Origin: an uncultured Chloroflexia bacterium
GTDB taxonomy: Bacteria > Chloroflexota > Dehalococcoidia > UBA2979
DNA: 64,000 nucleotides
Direction: 5' to 3'
Assembly: GCA_963728205.1 (NCBI GenBank)
Contig: CAVSIV010000001.1
Span: 448,001-512,000, forward strand
In this document: one piece after another, positions 38,209-47,128 of the stretch
Position numbering within the stretch: the first letter of the stretch is position 1
Layout of the letters: the number at the start of each line of letters is the position of its first letter
Translations under genes and position numbers: made by a program
The notes under the pieces: generated by a model
What the model was told of the DNA's origin: nothing
Seen by the model: only the letters and a program-made list of their open reading frames with translations
Databases searched by the model: none

Positions 38209-38745
38209 TCAGCCCGTTCCTGTTCGTGCGTGCGCCCGCGGCCATGGTGTGGCCTCGCGAGCGGCGGCGATGGCGGCGAACGCCAGCTCGCGCACGTCGT
38301 CCGGGACCGGCGCGCTGTGCCCGCTGCGTTCGTCGGTGAGGACCGGGTTGTCGCGCAAGGTCGCTTCGTCGACCCACAGCCAGTCCTGGTCGTCCGACGC
38401 GGCGGCGGCTGCGGCGTCGGACGCGAACGGCAGCGTGAAGTAGATGAGATCGATGTGCTGATGGTGCTCGGGCAGCGAGCGATCGCCGTGCTGGAGGTCG
38501 TACAGCGCCATCGCCGCAGGGGCCGGCAGGCGCGCTGGGTGGAGGTACCCGAAGTGCGGGCCGGTCTCGAGGACTGCGACGTCGAGCCCGGTCTCCTCGC
38601 GGACCTCGCGGAGCACCGCCTGGTAGGGGTCCTCGTTCGGCTCGACGTGTCCGCCGGGCGGAAGCCAGCGGCCGAGGCGGTGCCAGTGCAGGGCCGTGCG
38701 GCCGTCCTGCGAGACGAAGCCGGTCACCGTGAAGTGGCGCTGCAT
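38209..38745 (-). CDS. Nudix hydrolase
   Basis: RHFT, WLPPGGHVEPNE...AVLREVREETG, HQHIDLIY. Confidence 0.9.
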   Translation of the reverse strand: MQRHFTVTGFVSQDGRTALHWHRLGRWLPPGGHVEPNEDPYQAVLREVREETGLDVAVLETGPHFGYLHPARLPAPAAMALYDLQHGDRSLPEHHQHIDLIYFTLPFASDAAAAAASDDQDWLWVDEATLRDNPVLTDERSGHSAPVPDDVRELAFAAIAAAREATPWPRAHARTGTG

Positions 38746-38769
38746 GGTGGCCGAGCCTAGCACGGGCGC

Positions 38770-38985
38770 CCGGCAGGGGCTCCCGCCCCGGCACGCGGCC
38801 GGCTGGTCCCGCCCCGGCACGCGGCCGGCAGGGGCTCCCGCCCCGGCACGCGGCCGGCTGGTCCCGCTCGGACGCGGCCGGCTTCAGGCCGGCCGTGTGC
38901 CGCGAGTGTCTCACGAACCCGCAGGTGTCCACCTCCCACGGGCAGCGGCTCTCGCTGCACACGGTCGGCCCGAAGCCGACCGCGC
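38770..38985. repeat. Intergenic GC-rich tandem duplication plus inverted REP-like pair
   Basis: CGGCAGGGGCTCCCGCCCCGGCACGCGGCCGGCTGGTCCCGC twice; GCGGCCGGCTTCAGGCCGGCCG and CGGTCGGCCCGAAGCCGACCGC are inverted relatives. Confidence 0.7.
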
Positions 38986-39063
38986 GCTCCGACCCGAGCA
39001 CGCATGACAGGCTGGCGCGGCGTTCCTAGAATGCCGCCCACGAGACGACCGATAAGGAATGTC

Positions 39064-40293
39064 ATGGACGGCCCACTGACCGGCGTTCGCGTGCTCGACC
39101 TCACCGGCTACATCGCCGGGCCATGGTGCGCCCGCATGCTCGCGGGCTTCGGCGCCGACGTGATCAAGGTCGAGCGCCCCGGAGGCGACCCCGCGCGCCA
39201 GTGGGGACCGTTCGCCTCCGGAGCGCCCGACCTCGAGACCGGCGCGTTCCACCTTTACCTCGACCAGACGAAGCGCTCCGTGGTACTCGACCTCGAGACC
39301 GCGGACGGCCGTGAGGCGCTCGGCGCGCTGATCGGCCGTGCCGATGTCCTGCTCGAGTCGTACCGGCCGGGGACGATGGAGCGCTGGGGCTTCGGCTACG
39401 AGCAGGTCGCGCGTGACCACCCGGAGTTGCTCTACGTCTCGATCACCGACTTCGGCCAGGACGGGCCGTATCGCGATCACGCCGCGTGGGAGATCACGAC
39501 GTACGCCCTCGGCGGGCTCATGTACCTGAACGGCGAGCCCGACCGCGAGCCGATCAAGAACGGGGGCTACCTCGGCTCGTACAACGCCGGCCACAACGCG
39601 TTCAACGCGACGCTGGTCGGATTGTGGGAGCGCGGTGCATCGGGGCGCGGGCAGCACATCGACATCTCGATCCACGAGTGCGTCGCGTCGCTGCTCGAGC
39701 ACTTCGACATGGGCTGGATCTACGCCGGCCGCATCATCCCGCGCAGTGGCAACGGCGCGCGGGCGGCATGGGGTGTGTACCCCGCCGCCGACGGCTTCGT
39801 CGGCGTCGTCTCCGGCCCGCCGCGGCGCTGGGCGCGCATCGCGGAGCTCGTCGAGAACCCGGACCTCGCCGGCGAGCGCTACCTCGCCCGCGGCGCGCAG
39901 ACGACGCTGCGCGACGAGATCGACGCGCTGATGCTGCCGTACCTCGTGACGCACGAGAAGGAGGAGACGTACCACCGCGCGCAGGCAATGGGTCTCCCGT
40001 TCGGGTTCGTCGCCACGCCCGAGGACTTCTTCCGCTCCGAGCAGATCGCCTACCGCGAGTTCTTCCGCGCGATCGACCACCCGCTGGCCGGCTCCGTCCG
40101 CTACCCGACGATGGCCGCGCACTTCTCGGATGGCCTGTGGGAGCAGCGCCGAGCGCCGCTGCTCGGCGAGCACACCGAGGAGGTGCTGCGCGAGGTCCTC
40201 GGGTGGTCCGCCGGCCGCATCGCGCCCGCCGCCGGCGGCGCCGCCGGCGCCGCCCTGCCCGCGGCGCGCGGCGCGGACGGAGGTGCGGCGTGA
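39064..40293 (+). CDS. Class III CoA-transferase subunit (BbsE-like, catalytic Asp absent)
   Basis: PLTGVRVLDL, GADVIKVERP, ADVLLE, FGQDGPY; LGSYNAG at the Asp position. Confidence 0.9.
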   Translation: MDGPLTGVRVLDLTGYIAGPWCARMLAGFGADVIKVERPGGDPARQWGPFASGAPDLETGAFHLYLDQTKRSVVLDLETADGREALGALIGRADVLLESYRPGTMERWGFGYEQVARDHPELLYVSITDFGQDGPYRDHAAWEITTYALGGLMYLNGEPDREPIKNGGYLGSYNAGHNAFNATLVGLWERGASGRGQHIDISIHECVASLLEHFDMGWIYAGRIIPRSGNGARAAWGVYPAADGFVGVVSGPPRRWARIAELVENPDLAGERYLARGAQTTLRDEIDALMLPYLVTHEKEETYHRAQAMGLPFGFVATPEDFFRSEQIAYREFFRAIDHPLAGSVRYPTMAAHFSDGLWEQRRAPLLGEHTEEVLREVLGWSAGRIAPAAGGAAGAALPAARGADGGAA

Positions 40294-41627
40294 GCCCGCA
40301 GGACGCGACGCGCGACTGGGGGGCGGTCGTCCCCGAGCGGCGCGGACCGCTCGCCGACGTCACGGTGCTCGACCTGTCGATGGTGTGGGCCGGTCCGTAC
40401 GCGACGAAGCTGCTGGCCGACATGGGCGCGCGCGTGATCAAGCTCGAGGTGAACAGCCACCTCGACTCCGTGCGCGGCCAGGTGCTGGTCGAGCCGGACA
40501 GCCCGATCGGCGTCTACCCCGCGGACGGGCCGGGCGACGAGCCGTGGAACCGCTCGGGCTACTTCAACAAGCTGAACCGCAACAAGCTCGGGCTGTGCAT
40601 GAACATCCTCGAGCCGCTCGGCCGCACGGTGTTCATGGAGCTGGCCGCGATGGCCGACGTCGTGATCGAGAACTTCGGCGGCGGCGTCTTCGAGCGCATG
40701 GGCTACGGCTACGACGTGATCCGCGAGGCGAACCCGGACGTCGTGATGGTGTCGATGCCGCCGAGCGGGAACGGCGGGCCCGAGGGCAACTACGTCGGCT
40801 ACGGCGTCGCGATCGAGCAGCTGGGCGGCATCGTGCACCGCACCGGCTACCCCGGCGAGATCCCGATGAAGAGCGGCATCAACTACGGCGACCCGATCGC
40901 CGGCATCCACACGATGGGCTACATCATGGCCGCGCTGCTGCACCGCCGGCGCACCGGCCGCGGATCGTTCATCGACGTGTCGCAGCGCGAGGCGTCGATC
41001 ATGTGGCTCGGCGAGGACGTGGTCGCCTACGAGACGACGGGCCGCATCCCGGAGCGCATCGGCAACCGCGACGAGCACATGGCGCCGTCGGGCGCGTACC
41101 CGTGTTCGGGCGAAGACGCGTGGGTGGCGCTGGCCGTGGGTTCGCTGGACGAATGGCGCGGGCTGGCCGCCGCGATCGGGCACCCGGAACTGGCGAACGA
41201 CCCGGCGTACGCGAGCGTCGTGGGGCGGCGCGAGCGGCACGAGGCGATCGACGCGCTGATCGGCGCGTGGACGCGCGAGCGCACGCCGGACGAGGCGATG
41301 GCGGGGCTGCAGCGGCACGGCGTCGCCGCGGGGACGGTCGCCGACGAGCGCCGGCTCGTCGAGGACCCGCACCTGCGGGCGCGCGGGTTCTGGCCGGAGG
41401 TCGAACACGCGAACGTCGGCCGCCACACGATCGCCGGCGTGTCGTGGCACTTCAGCCGCACGCCCGGCGCCGTGCAGACGGCGGCCCCGACGCTGGGCCA
41501 GCACACGGACTACGTGCTCCGCGAGATTCTCGGCAAGAGCGACGAGGAGATCGCGTTGCTGCGTCGCGCCGGCGTACTGGAGTCGACGCCGGTCGAGATC
41601 CTCGCGCAGCGCGACGGAAACGGCTAG
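40290..41627 (+). CDS. Class III CoA-transferase subunit (BbsF-like)
   Basis: PLADVTVLDL, NRNK, ADVVIENF, YGDPIAG, APTLGQHT. Confidence 0.92.
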   Translation: MSPQDATRDWGAVVPERRGPLADVTVLDLSMVWAGPYATKLLADMGARVIKLEVNSHLDSVRGQVLVEPDSPIGVYPADGPGDEPWNRSGYFNKLNRNKLGLCMNILEPLGRTVFMELAAMADVVIENFGGGVFERMGYGYDVIREANPDVVMVSMPPSGNGGPEGNYVGYGVAIEQLGGIVHRTGYPGEIPMKSGINYGDPIAGIHTMGYIMAALLHRRRTGRGSFIDVSQREASIMWLGEDVVAYETTGRIPERIGNRDEHMAPSGAYPCSGEDAWVALAVGSLDEWRGLAAAIGHPELANDPAYASVVGRRERHEAIDALIGAWTRERTPDEAMAGLQRHGVAAGTVADERRLVEDPHLRARGFWPEVEHANVGRHTIAGVSWHFSRTPGAVQTAAPTLGQHTDYVLREILGKSDEEIALLRRAGVLESTPVEILAQRDGNG

Positions 41628-41894
41628 CCAGGCGAGCAGGGGCAGGCGCCCGCTGTTTCGGCCACGTGCGCCGAGGACGTCCCTCTGCGGCGACGGGGTG
41701 CCGCCCGGCGCACGCACGGTGAGGACGCGGCTCGGCGTCCGGTTGCCATCGCCCGTCGCGGGTGACCGGTGACAGCCAGCGCATGCCCCTGCTCGCCGTG
41801 GCGCTGGCCTTCCCCGCACGCCACGCGCTCGACCGTAGCGGCCCGCTCGCGTTCGATCGGCGCCGACCCGCAGGCCGATCGAAGCGAGGCGCAG

Positions 41895-42671
41895 ATGGCA
41901 GACGCGTTCTTTACCCACGACGGCGAGCGGTTCGTGCCGGGCGAGGCCGCGCGCGGGCCATGGGACCGCGAGTCGTTGCACGGGCGCGTGCTATCGGGCC
42001 TGCTCGCCTACGCGATCGAGACGCGCCACGGCGACCCCGACTTCCAGATCGCGCGGCTGACCGTCGACATGTTCCGGCTGGCGCCGCACGCGCCCGTGGA
42101 GGTCGACACGCGGCCGACGCGCGAGGGCAACCGCATCCGCGTGATCGACGCGACGATGCGCGTTGGCGAGGTCGAGGTCGCGCGCGCAAGCGCCGTCATG
42201 CTGCGCCACGCGCCGCAGCCCGAGGGCGCCGTCTGGAGTCCCGACGACTGGGACGCGCCGCGCCCCGAGGACCTGCCCGCGCCGGTGCGCGAGGGCCGCT
42301 ACGCGTTCGACGCCGGCTGGGATACGCGCAACATCAACGGCGGCTTCGCCGCGCTCGCGCGGAAACGGTCGTGGATGCGCTCGACGATCGACTTCGTCGC
42401 CGGCGAGCCGACGACGCCGTTCGTGCGCGCCGCCGCGGCCGCCGACTTCGCGAACCCGCTCGCCAACTCGGGCGAGCGCGGCCTCAACTTCGTGAACGCC
42501 GACGTGACGATGTATCTGCACCGCATGCCCGTCGGGGAGTGGATCGGGTTCGAGGTCGCGAGCCACCACAGCGCCGAGGGCGTCGCGGTGGGGGAGTGCG
42601 CGCTGTACGACGTCGATGGCGCGATCGGCCGCAGCACGGTGTGCGCGGTGGCGCAGGTGCGGCGCGGGTAG
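41895..42671 (+). CDS. Double-hotdog thioesterase family protein
   Basis: ARGPW...LHG, RLTVD, FVNADVT.YLHR.P.GEW. Confidence 0.85.
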   Translation: MADAFFTHDGERFVPGEAARGPWDRESLHGRVLSGLLAYAIETRHGDPDFQIARLTVDMFRLAPHAPVEVDTRPTREGNRIRVIDATMRVGEVEVARASAVMLRHAPQPEGAVWSPDDWDAPRPEDLPAPVREGRYAFDAGWDTRNINGGFAALARKRSWMRSTIDFVAGEPTTPFVRAAAAADFANPLANSGERGLNFVNADVTMYLHRMPVGEWIGFEVASHHSAEGVAVGECALYDVDGAIGRSTVCAVAQVRRG

Positions 42672-42790
42672 CCGCGGGCGCGGGATGGCGGTCCACCGGG
42701 GCGCCCGACACCCTGCACCGCGGGGCGGACGGGGCGGGCCACCGACCCGCGATGCCAGCGGGCTGGCCTCTCTGCTCGCCGAGTCGCGAA

Positions 42791-43225
42791 CTACCGGTCG
42801 CGGACGGGGACGAGCTCGGTGAGCACGCCGCCGGTGCTGCGCGGGTGGAAGAACGCCACCGTCCGCCGGCCGTCCTGCGCGCGCGGCAGGGCAATCTCCT
42901 CGAGTCCCTCGGCGCGCAGGCGCTCCGCCTCGTCGTGCACATCGACGCACGCGTAGCAGATGTGATGCAGCCCGGCGCCGCGCTTCGCGAGGTAGCGCGC
43001 TGTCCCGGACGTCGCGCCCGGCGCCGGCACGAGCACCTCGACGACGGTCTCCCCTTCGCCGACCTGGAAGAAGAAGTTGAACGTCTGCTCGGGCGCGAAG
43101 TAGCTGCCCTCGGGCCACTTCGAGCGGTCCTTGTCGATGACGAGCCCGAGGCGGTCGCCGAGCACCGCTCGCGCCTCGTCGATCGACGGCGCAACCAGCC
43201 CCACGTGGTCGATCCTGGCGAACAT
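42791..43225 (-). CDS. VOC family protein, methylmalonyl-CoA epimerase-like
   Basis: RIDHVG, VE, GLHHICY, AFFHPRSTGGVLTELV; GGAGG RBS. Confidence 0.85.
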   Translation of the reverse strand: MFARIDHVGLVAPSIDEARAVLGDRLGLVIDKDRSKWPEGSYFAPEQTFNFFFQVGEGETVVEVLVPAPGATSGTARYLAKRGAGLHHICYACVDVHDEAERLRAEGLEEIALPRAQDGRRTVAFFHPRSTGGVLTELVPVRDR

Positions 43226-43429
43226 CGGCGCCTCCCTCCAGGCGCGGGGAGTGTAGCGGGTCCGGCGCTGGGGCAGGCTTCCGGTCCACCGGTGATCGGG
43301 CACGCGGTAGACCCTCGGAGGGCCGTGGGTGGGAGAGACTCACGCGACGGGAGGGGCGCGACTGTGATGGTGCGAGGTTGCCACTGTACACGGCAGTCGG
43401 CATGCCCCGGGGGCGCGCCGTGCGCGCAT

Positions 43430-43541
43430 GAACGTCACCCACAGCGGCGGCAGATATGCCGCCGACAGAAGCGCGGCGCCAGCCGCGGACTGCGTCGGCG
43501 TGCTGTCGGCGGCATATCTGCCGCCGCTGTGGGTGGCGTTC
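43430..43541. repeat. REP-like doublet, 39-bp inverted repeat (1 mismatch)
   Basis: ...ACAGCGGCGGCAGATATGCCGCCGACAG / complement at 43503-43541. Confidence 0.9.
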
Positions 43542-43599
43542 CGACGAGGTGTGAAGCCTTTGACAGGCTCTGCCGCGCGCCCGAGCCGGCGGCAGGCGG

Positions 43600-44316
43600 C
43601 TAGCGCAGCGGGCGGGGGCCGAGCCAGCGCGGGTCGAAGGCCTCGAGCGAGGGAATCACGGCGTCTGCGAGCGGCTGCGGCGGCGCGGCGTGCTTCGTCT
43701 GGCGCGACTGCACGACGACCATCCCGGCACGGTGCGCCGACGCCACCCCCGGCGCGGAGTCCTCGATCGCGAGGCACTGCTCCGGGGCGACGCCGAGGCG
43801 GTCGGCCGCGTGCAGGTAGATGTCGGGCGCCGGCTTCGGCCGCGGGACGTGGTCCGCGGTGATCACGAGGTGGAATGCCTGCCGCAGACCGCACGAGCGC
43901 AGCGTCGACTCCACCCAGGTGCGCGCCGATTGCGACGCCACGGCCAGTTGCAGCCCGCGCGCCCGCGCACGGTCGATCAGCGCGCGGGTGCCCGGCAGCG
44001 CGTGCACGCCGTGCCGCAGGTGGTCGCCCAGGAGCGCCGAGTACTCCGCGCGCAGCTCGGCGACCGATTCCGGCCGGCCGTAGGTCCGCTTGATCCACTC
44101 CATCGTGGGATGAATGCCGGTGCCGACGAGCGTCGCGTACTGCGCGTCGCTCAGCCCGGCCGGCGCGACGAAGCGCCGCATCGCACGGAGATGCACCGGC
44201 TCGGTGTCGGCGATCACGCCGTCCATGTCGAAGATGACGGCGCGCAGGCGTGCCGGCCGGTGGTGGCGGTCGATCGCGCGCGGGAGCGGCCGGCCTCGGC
44301 GGGGCGGAAGCTTCAT
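43600..44316 (-). CDS. HAD family phosphatase (beta-PGM-like)
   Basis: FDMDGVIADTE, KPAPDIY, IEDS..G. Confidence 0.9.
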   Translation of the reverse strand: MKLPPRRGRPLPRAIDRHHRPARLRAVIFDMDGVIADTEPVHLRAMRRFVAPAGLSDAQYATLVGTGIHPTMEWIKRTYGRPESVAELRAEYSALLGDHLRHGVHALPGTRALIDRARARGLQLAVASQSARTWVESTLRSCGLRQAFHLVITADHVPRPKPAPDIYLHAADRLGVAPEQCLAIEDSAPGVASAHRAGMVVVQSRQTKHAAPPQPLADAVIPSLEAFDPRWLGPRPLR

Positions 44317-44774
44317 GCGCCGCGCTCCGCGCGCTGCTTGAGGTTCCACAGCGTCTCGCGCAGCGCCTGCGTCCGGTACGGGCGGTGCAGCAGCGCCTCG
44401 AGCAGGCCGCCGAACGGGCCGCGCGCCGGCTCGTACACGGCCTCGACGGTGAGATGGACCTCGCGCGGGCTCTCGGGGTGGAACGCCCAGCTCAGCTCGA
44501 CGAGCTCGCCGCCGCTCCCATTGCCGACGAACGTCAGCGCGTGCGTCTCCTCGCGGTCGCGCCTCAGGTGCGCGGTCTCGGTGCGCAGCGGCAGGGCCAG
44601 CGAGAATGCGATCACGTCCTCCTCGACGACGGTGAAGTCGTGGAAGTGGTGGGCGAGCCACTCGCCGTGCCGTGCGATGTCTTCGAGCACGCGGTAGACG
44701 GCGGAGGCGGGCGCGTGGATGTGGACGTCCTCGCGCACCCGCAGCACCGCTGGCTCGTCGTGGCCGGCGGTCAC
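44313..44774 (-). CDS. SRPBCC family protein
   Basis: IHAPASAVY..L.D....EW, C-terminal LWNLKQRAE helix. Confidence 0.75.
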   Translation of the reverse strand: MTAGHDEPAVLRVREDVHIHAPASAVYRVLEDIARHGEWLAHHFHDFTVVEEDVIAFSLALPLRTETAHLRRDREETHALTFVGNGSGGELVELSWAFHPESPREVHLTVEAVYEPARGPFGGLLEALLHRPYRTQALRETLWNLKQRAERGA

Positions 44775-46309
44775 GGCACCGCGTCCCTCGAGGCGCCTTC
44801 GGGCTCGAGATCGGGCTCGACGGGGGGCTCCGCGGCGCGCTCGCGCATGGCCGGAAAGAGGATCACCTCGCGCAGCGAGTGCTCGCCGGTGAGCAGCTGC
44901 ACCATGCGGTCGATCCCGATGCCGAGCCCGCCGGCCGGCGGCATGCCGTGCTCGAGCGCGACGAGGAAGTCCTCGTCCGCGAGCTCGACCTCGTCGTCGC
45001 CGGCGGAGCGCTTGCGGGCCTGCTCCTCCATGCGCCGGCGCTGCTCGACGGGGTCGTTCAGCTCCGAGTACGCGTTCGCCATCTCGTAGCCGAGCATGAA
45101 CAGCTCGAAGCGCTCGACCGCTCCCGCGTCGTCGACCTTCTGCTTGGCGAGCGGCGACAGCTCGATCGGGTAGTCGAGGACGAAGGTCGGCTGGACGAGC
45201 TCCGGCTCGACGAACGTCGACATGAACTCGTCGAGGATCGTTGCCCACGAGGCGCCGGGCGCGACGTCGAGGTGGCGCTCGGCGGCGAGGGAGCGCAACG
45301 CCTCGGTGGTGGGGTAGTCGCGGTAGTCGAAGCCGGCGTGCTCCTGCAGCGCGCGGCGGTAGGTGGTGCGTGCGAACGGCGGCGTGAGGTCGACGGCGTG
45401 CTCGCCGTGCGTGAGGCGCAGCGTCCCGTGGACCTCCAGCGCGACGCGGCTGAAGAGCTCCTCGACCATCCGCGCCACGTCCTCGTAGTCGGCGTAGGCC
45501 TCGTAGGACTCGAGCAGCGTGAACTCGGGGTTGTGGCGCGCGTCGATCCCCTCGTTGCGAAAGACGCGCCCGATCTCGAAGACCTTCTCCAGGCCGCCGA
45601 CGAGCAACCGCTTGAGGTGCAGCTCCAGCGAGATGCGGAGGTAGAGGTCGCGGTCGAGCGCGTTGTGGTGCGTGACGAAGGGCCGGGCCGCGGCGCCGCC
45701 GGCCTGCTCCTGGAGCACCGGCGTCTCGACCTCCATGAACCCGCGCTCGACGAAGAAGCGGCGCACGGCGGCCACGATGGCCGCGCGGGTGCGCGCGATC
45801 TCGCGGGCGCGCTCGTTCGACATCAGGTCGAGGTAGCGCTGGCGCGAGCGAGTCTCGATGTCGGTCACGCCGTGCCACTTCTCGGGCATCGGGCGCAGGG
45901 CCTTCGTGATCACGCGCCAGTCGGCGACCGCGACGGTGATCTCGCCGGTGCGGGTGCGAAAGAGCGTGCCGCTCGCCTCGAGGAAGTCGCCGAGGTCGAC
46001 GAGGGACAGCCGTTCGAAGGAGTCGGGGAGGGCGTCGCGCCGGAAGTGGAGCTGGATGCGGCCGGTGCCGTCAGTGAGGTCGACGAAGGCGGCGCGGCCC
46101 ATCATGCGCTGCGCGGTGACGCGGCCGACGACGCTGACGGGGATCGCGGCCGGGTCGTCGGCGGCGGGCTCGCCGGCCGCGGCGAACGCGGCGGAAGCGG
46201 CGGCGGCCGTATGCGTGCGCTGGACGCGCGCGGGATAGGCGTCCGCCTGGTCGAGGAGGTGCGCGCGCTTCTCGACGCGCTGGGCGAAGAGCTCGGCTTC
46301 GGACGGCAT
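44771..46309 (-). CDS. lysS: Lysyl-tRNA synthetase (class II)
   Basis: RQRYLDL, GGAAARPF, FRNEGID.RHNPEFT, ELNDP, GMPPAGGLGIGIDR. Confidence 0.97.
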   Translation of the reverse strand: MPSEAELFAQRVEKRAHLLDQADAYPARVQRTHTAAAASAAFAAAGEPAADDPAAIPVSVVGRVTAQRMMGRAAFVDLTDGTGRIQLHFRRDALPDSFERLSLVDLGDFLEASGTLFRTRTGEITVAVADWRVITKALRPMPEKWHGVTDIETRSRQRYLDLMSNERAREIARTRAAIVAAVRRFFVERGFMEVETPVLQEQAGGAAARPFVTHHNALDRDLYLRISLELHLKRLLVGGLEKVFEIGRVFRNEGIDARHNPEFTLLESYEAYADYEDVARMVEELFSRVALEVHGTLRLTHGEHAVDLTPPFARTTYRRALQEHAGFDYRDYPTTEALRSLAAERHLDVAPGASWATILDEFMSTFVEPELVQPTFVLDYPIELSPLAKQKVDDAGAVERFELFMLGYEMANAYSELNDPVEQRRRMEEQARKRSAGDDEVELADEDFLVALEHGMPPAGGLGIGIDRMVQLLTGEHSLREVILFPAMRERAAEPPVEPDLEPEGASRDAVP

Positions 46310-46474
46310 TGGTTCAGTAACGCATATCGACCGGTTGGCGGCGAGTCTGGATCGCGATGGCCTGGATGGGCCGAGCACAGGGCAGACGCCCCGCGCTCGA
46401 TCCGCGACCGACGCTCTCGCGACGACCGAGCACGGGGCGTCTGCCCCGCGCTCGCCGGCGGGCGCGGGGGGCGG

Positions 46475-46948
46475 CTACGAGATCGTGGTGACCGTCATCA
46501 CCACGTCGCCGGCGGGGGCGCGCACCGTGACCTCTTCGCCGCGCTTCTTGCCGAGCAGCGCACGGCCGACGGGCGACTCGTGGCTGATGCGGCCCTCGCT
46601 GGGGTTCGCCTCTGCGGGCCCCACGAGCATGAACTTGCGGCTCTTGCCGTCCTTCGTCTTCAACGTGACGGTCGAGCCGACCCGCACTTCCTTCGATTTG
46701 TGCGCGGCCGCCTCGTCGATCTCGACGGCGCGCTCGAGCATGCGCTCGATCTCGCTGATGCGGCCTTCGAGGAAGGCCTGCTGGTTCTTCGCGTCCTCGT
46801 ACTGGCCGTCCTGCTGATCCGGGCCCAGCTCCTGCGCCTCGCGGATCGCTTCGGCGACCTCCGCGCGGCGCACGGTGCGCAGCTCGGTGAGCTCCTTCTT
46901 GAGCTTCTCCAGGCCTTCCTTCGTGAGGAGCACTGTCTCTTCCGGCAT
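46475..46948 (-). CDS. greA: Transcription elongation factor GreA
   Basis: LTKEG...L..EL, YEDAKNQQ..LEGRI, ISHESPVGRALLG, APAG. Confidence 0.93.
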   Translation of the reverse strand: MPEETVLLTKEGLEKLKKELTELRTVRRAEVAEAIREAQELGPDQQDGQYEDAKNQQAFLEGRISEIERMLERAVEIDEAAAHKSKEVRVGSTVTLKTKDGKSRKFMLVGPAEANPSEGRISHESPVGRALLGKKRGEEVTVRAPAGDVVMTVTTIS

Positions 46949-46973
46949 GACCTCTGTACCCCTGTCGCGGGTG

Positions 46974-47011
46974 AAACAAAAGGCGGACTCGCCGTACACC
47001 GGCAAGCCCGC
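46974..47011 (-). terminator. Intrinsic terminator in the greA leader
   Basis: 12-bp stem GCGGGCUUGCCG/CGGCGAGUCCGC followed by CUUUUGUUU. Confidence 0.8.
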
Positions 47012-47023
47012 GAAACGCAAAGC

Positions 47024-47052
47024 ATTCTAGCGGCTGCACCGTTTCACGGCAA
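47024..47052 (-). promoter_or_regulatory. greA promoter
   Basis: TTGCCG-N17-TAGAAT. Confidence 0.8.
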
Positions 47053-47128
47053 CCGGATCCGTACACACGTTCGTATCGATTGCGCCACAACCCGCGCGCG
47101 CCGCGATCACCGGGCGTTCCGGCCGCCG

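Noticed and set aside
47001-47030. c-di-GMP-I riboswitch-like words on the + strand (GGCAA..GAAA..CGCAAAGC)
   Set aside because: The stem around GAAA is missing; the sequence is better explained by the greA promoter and terminator on the - strand
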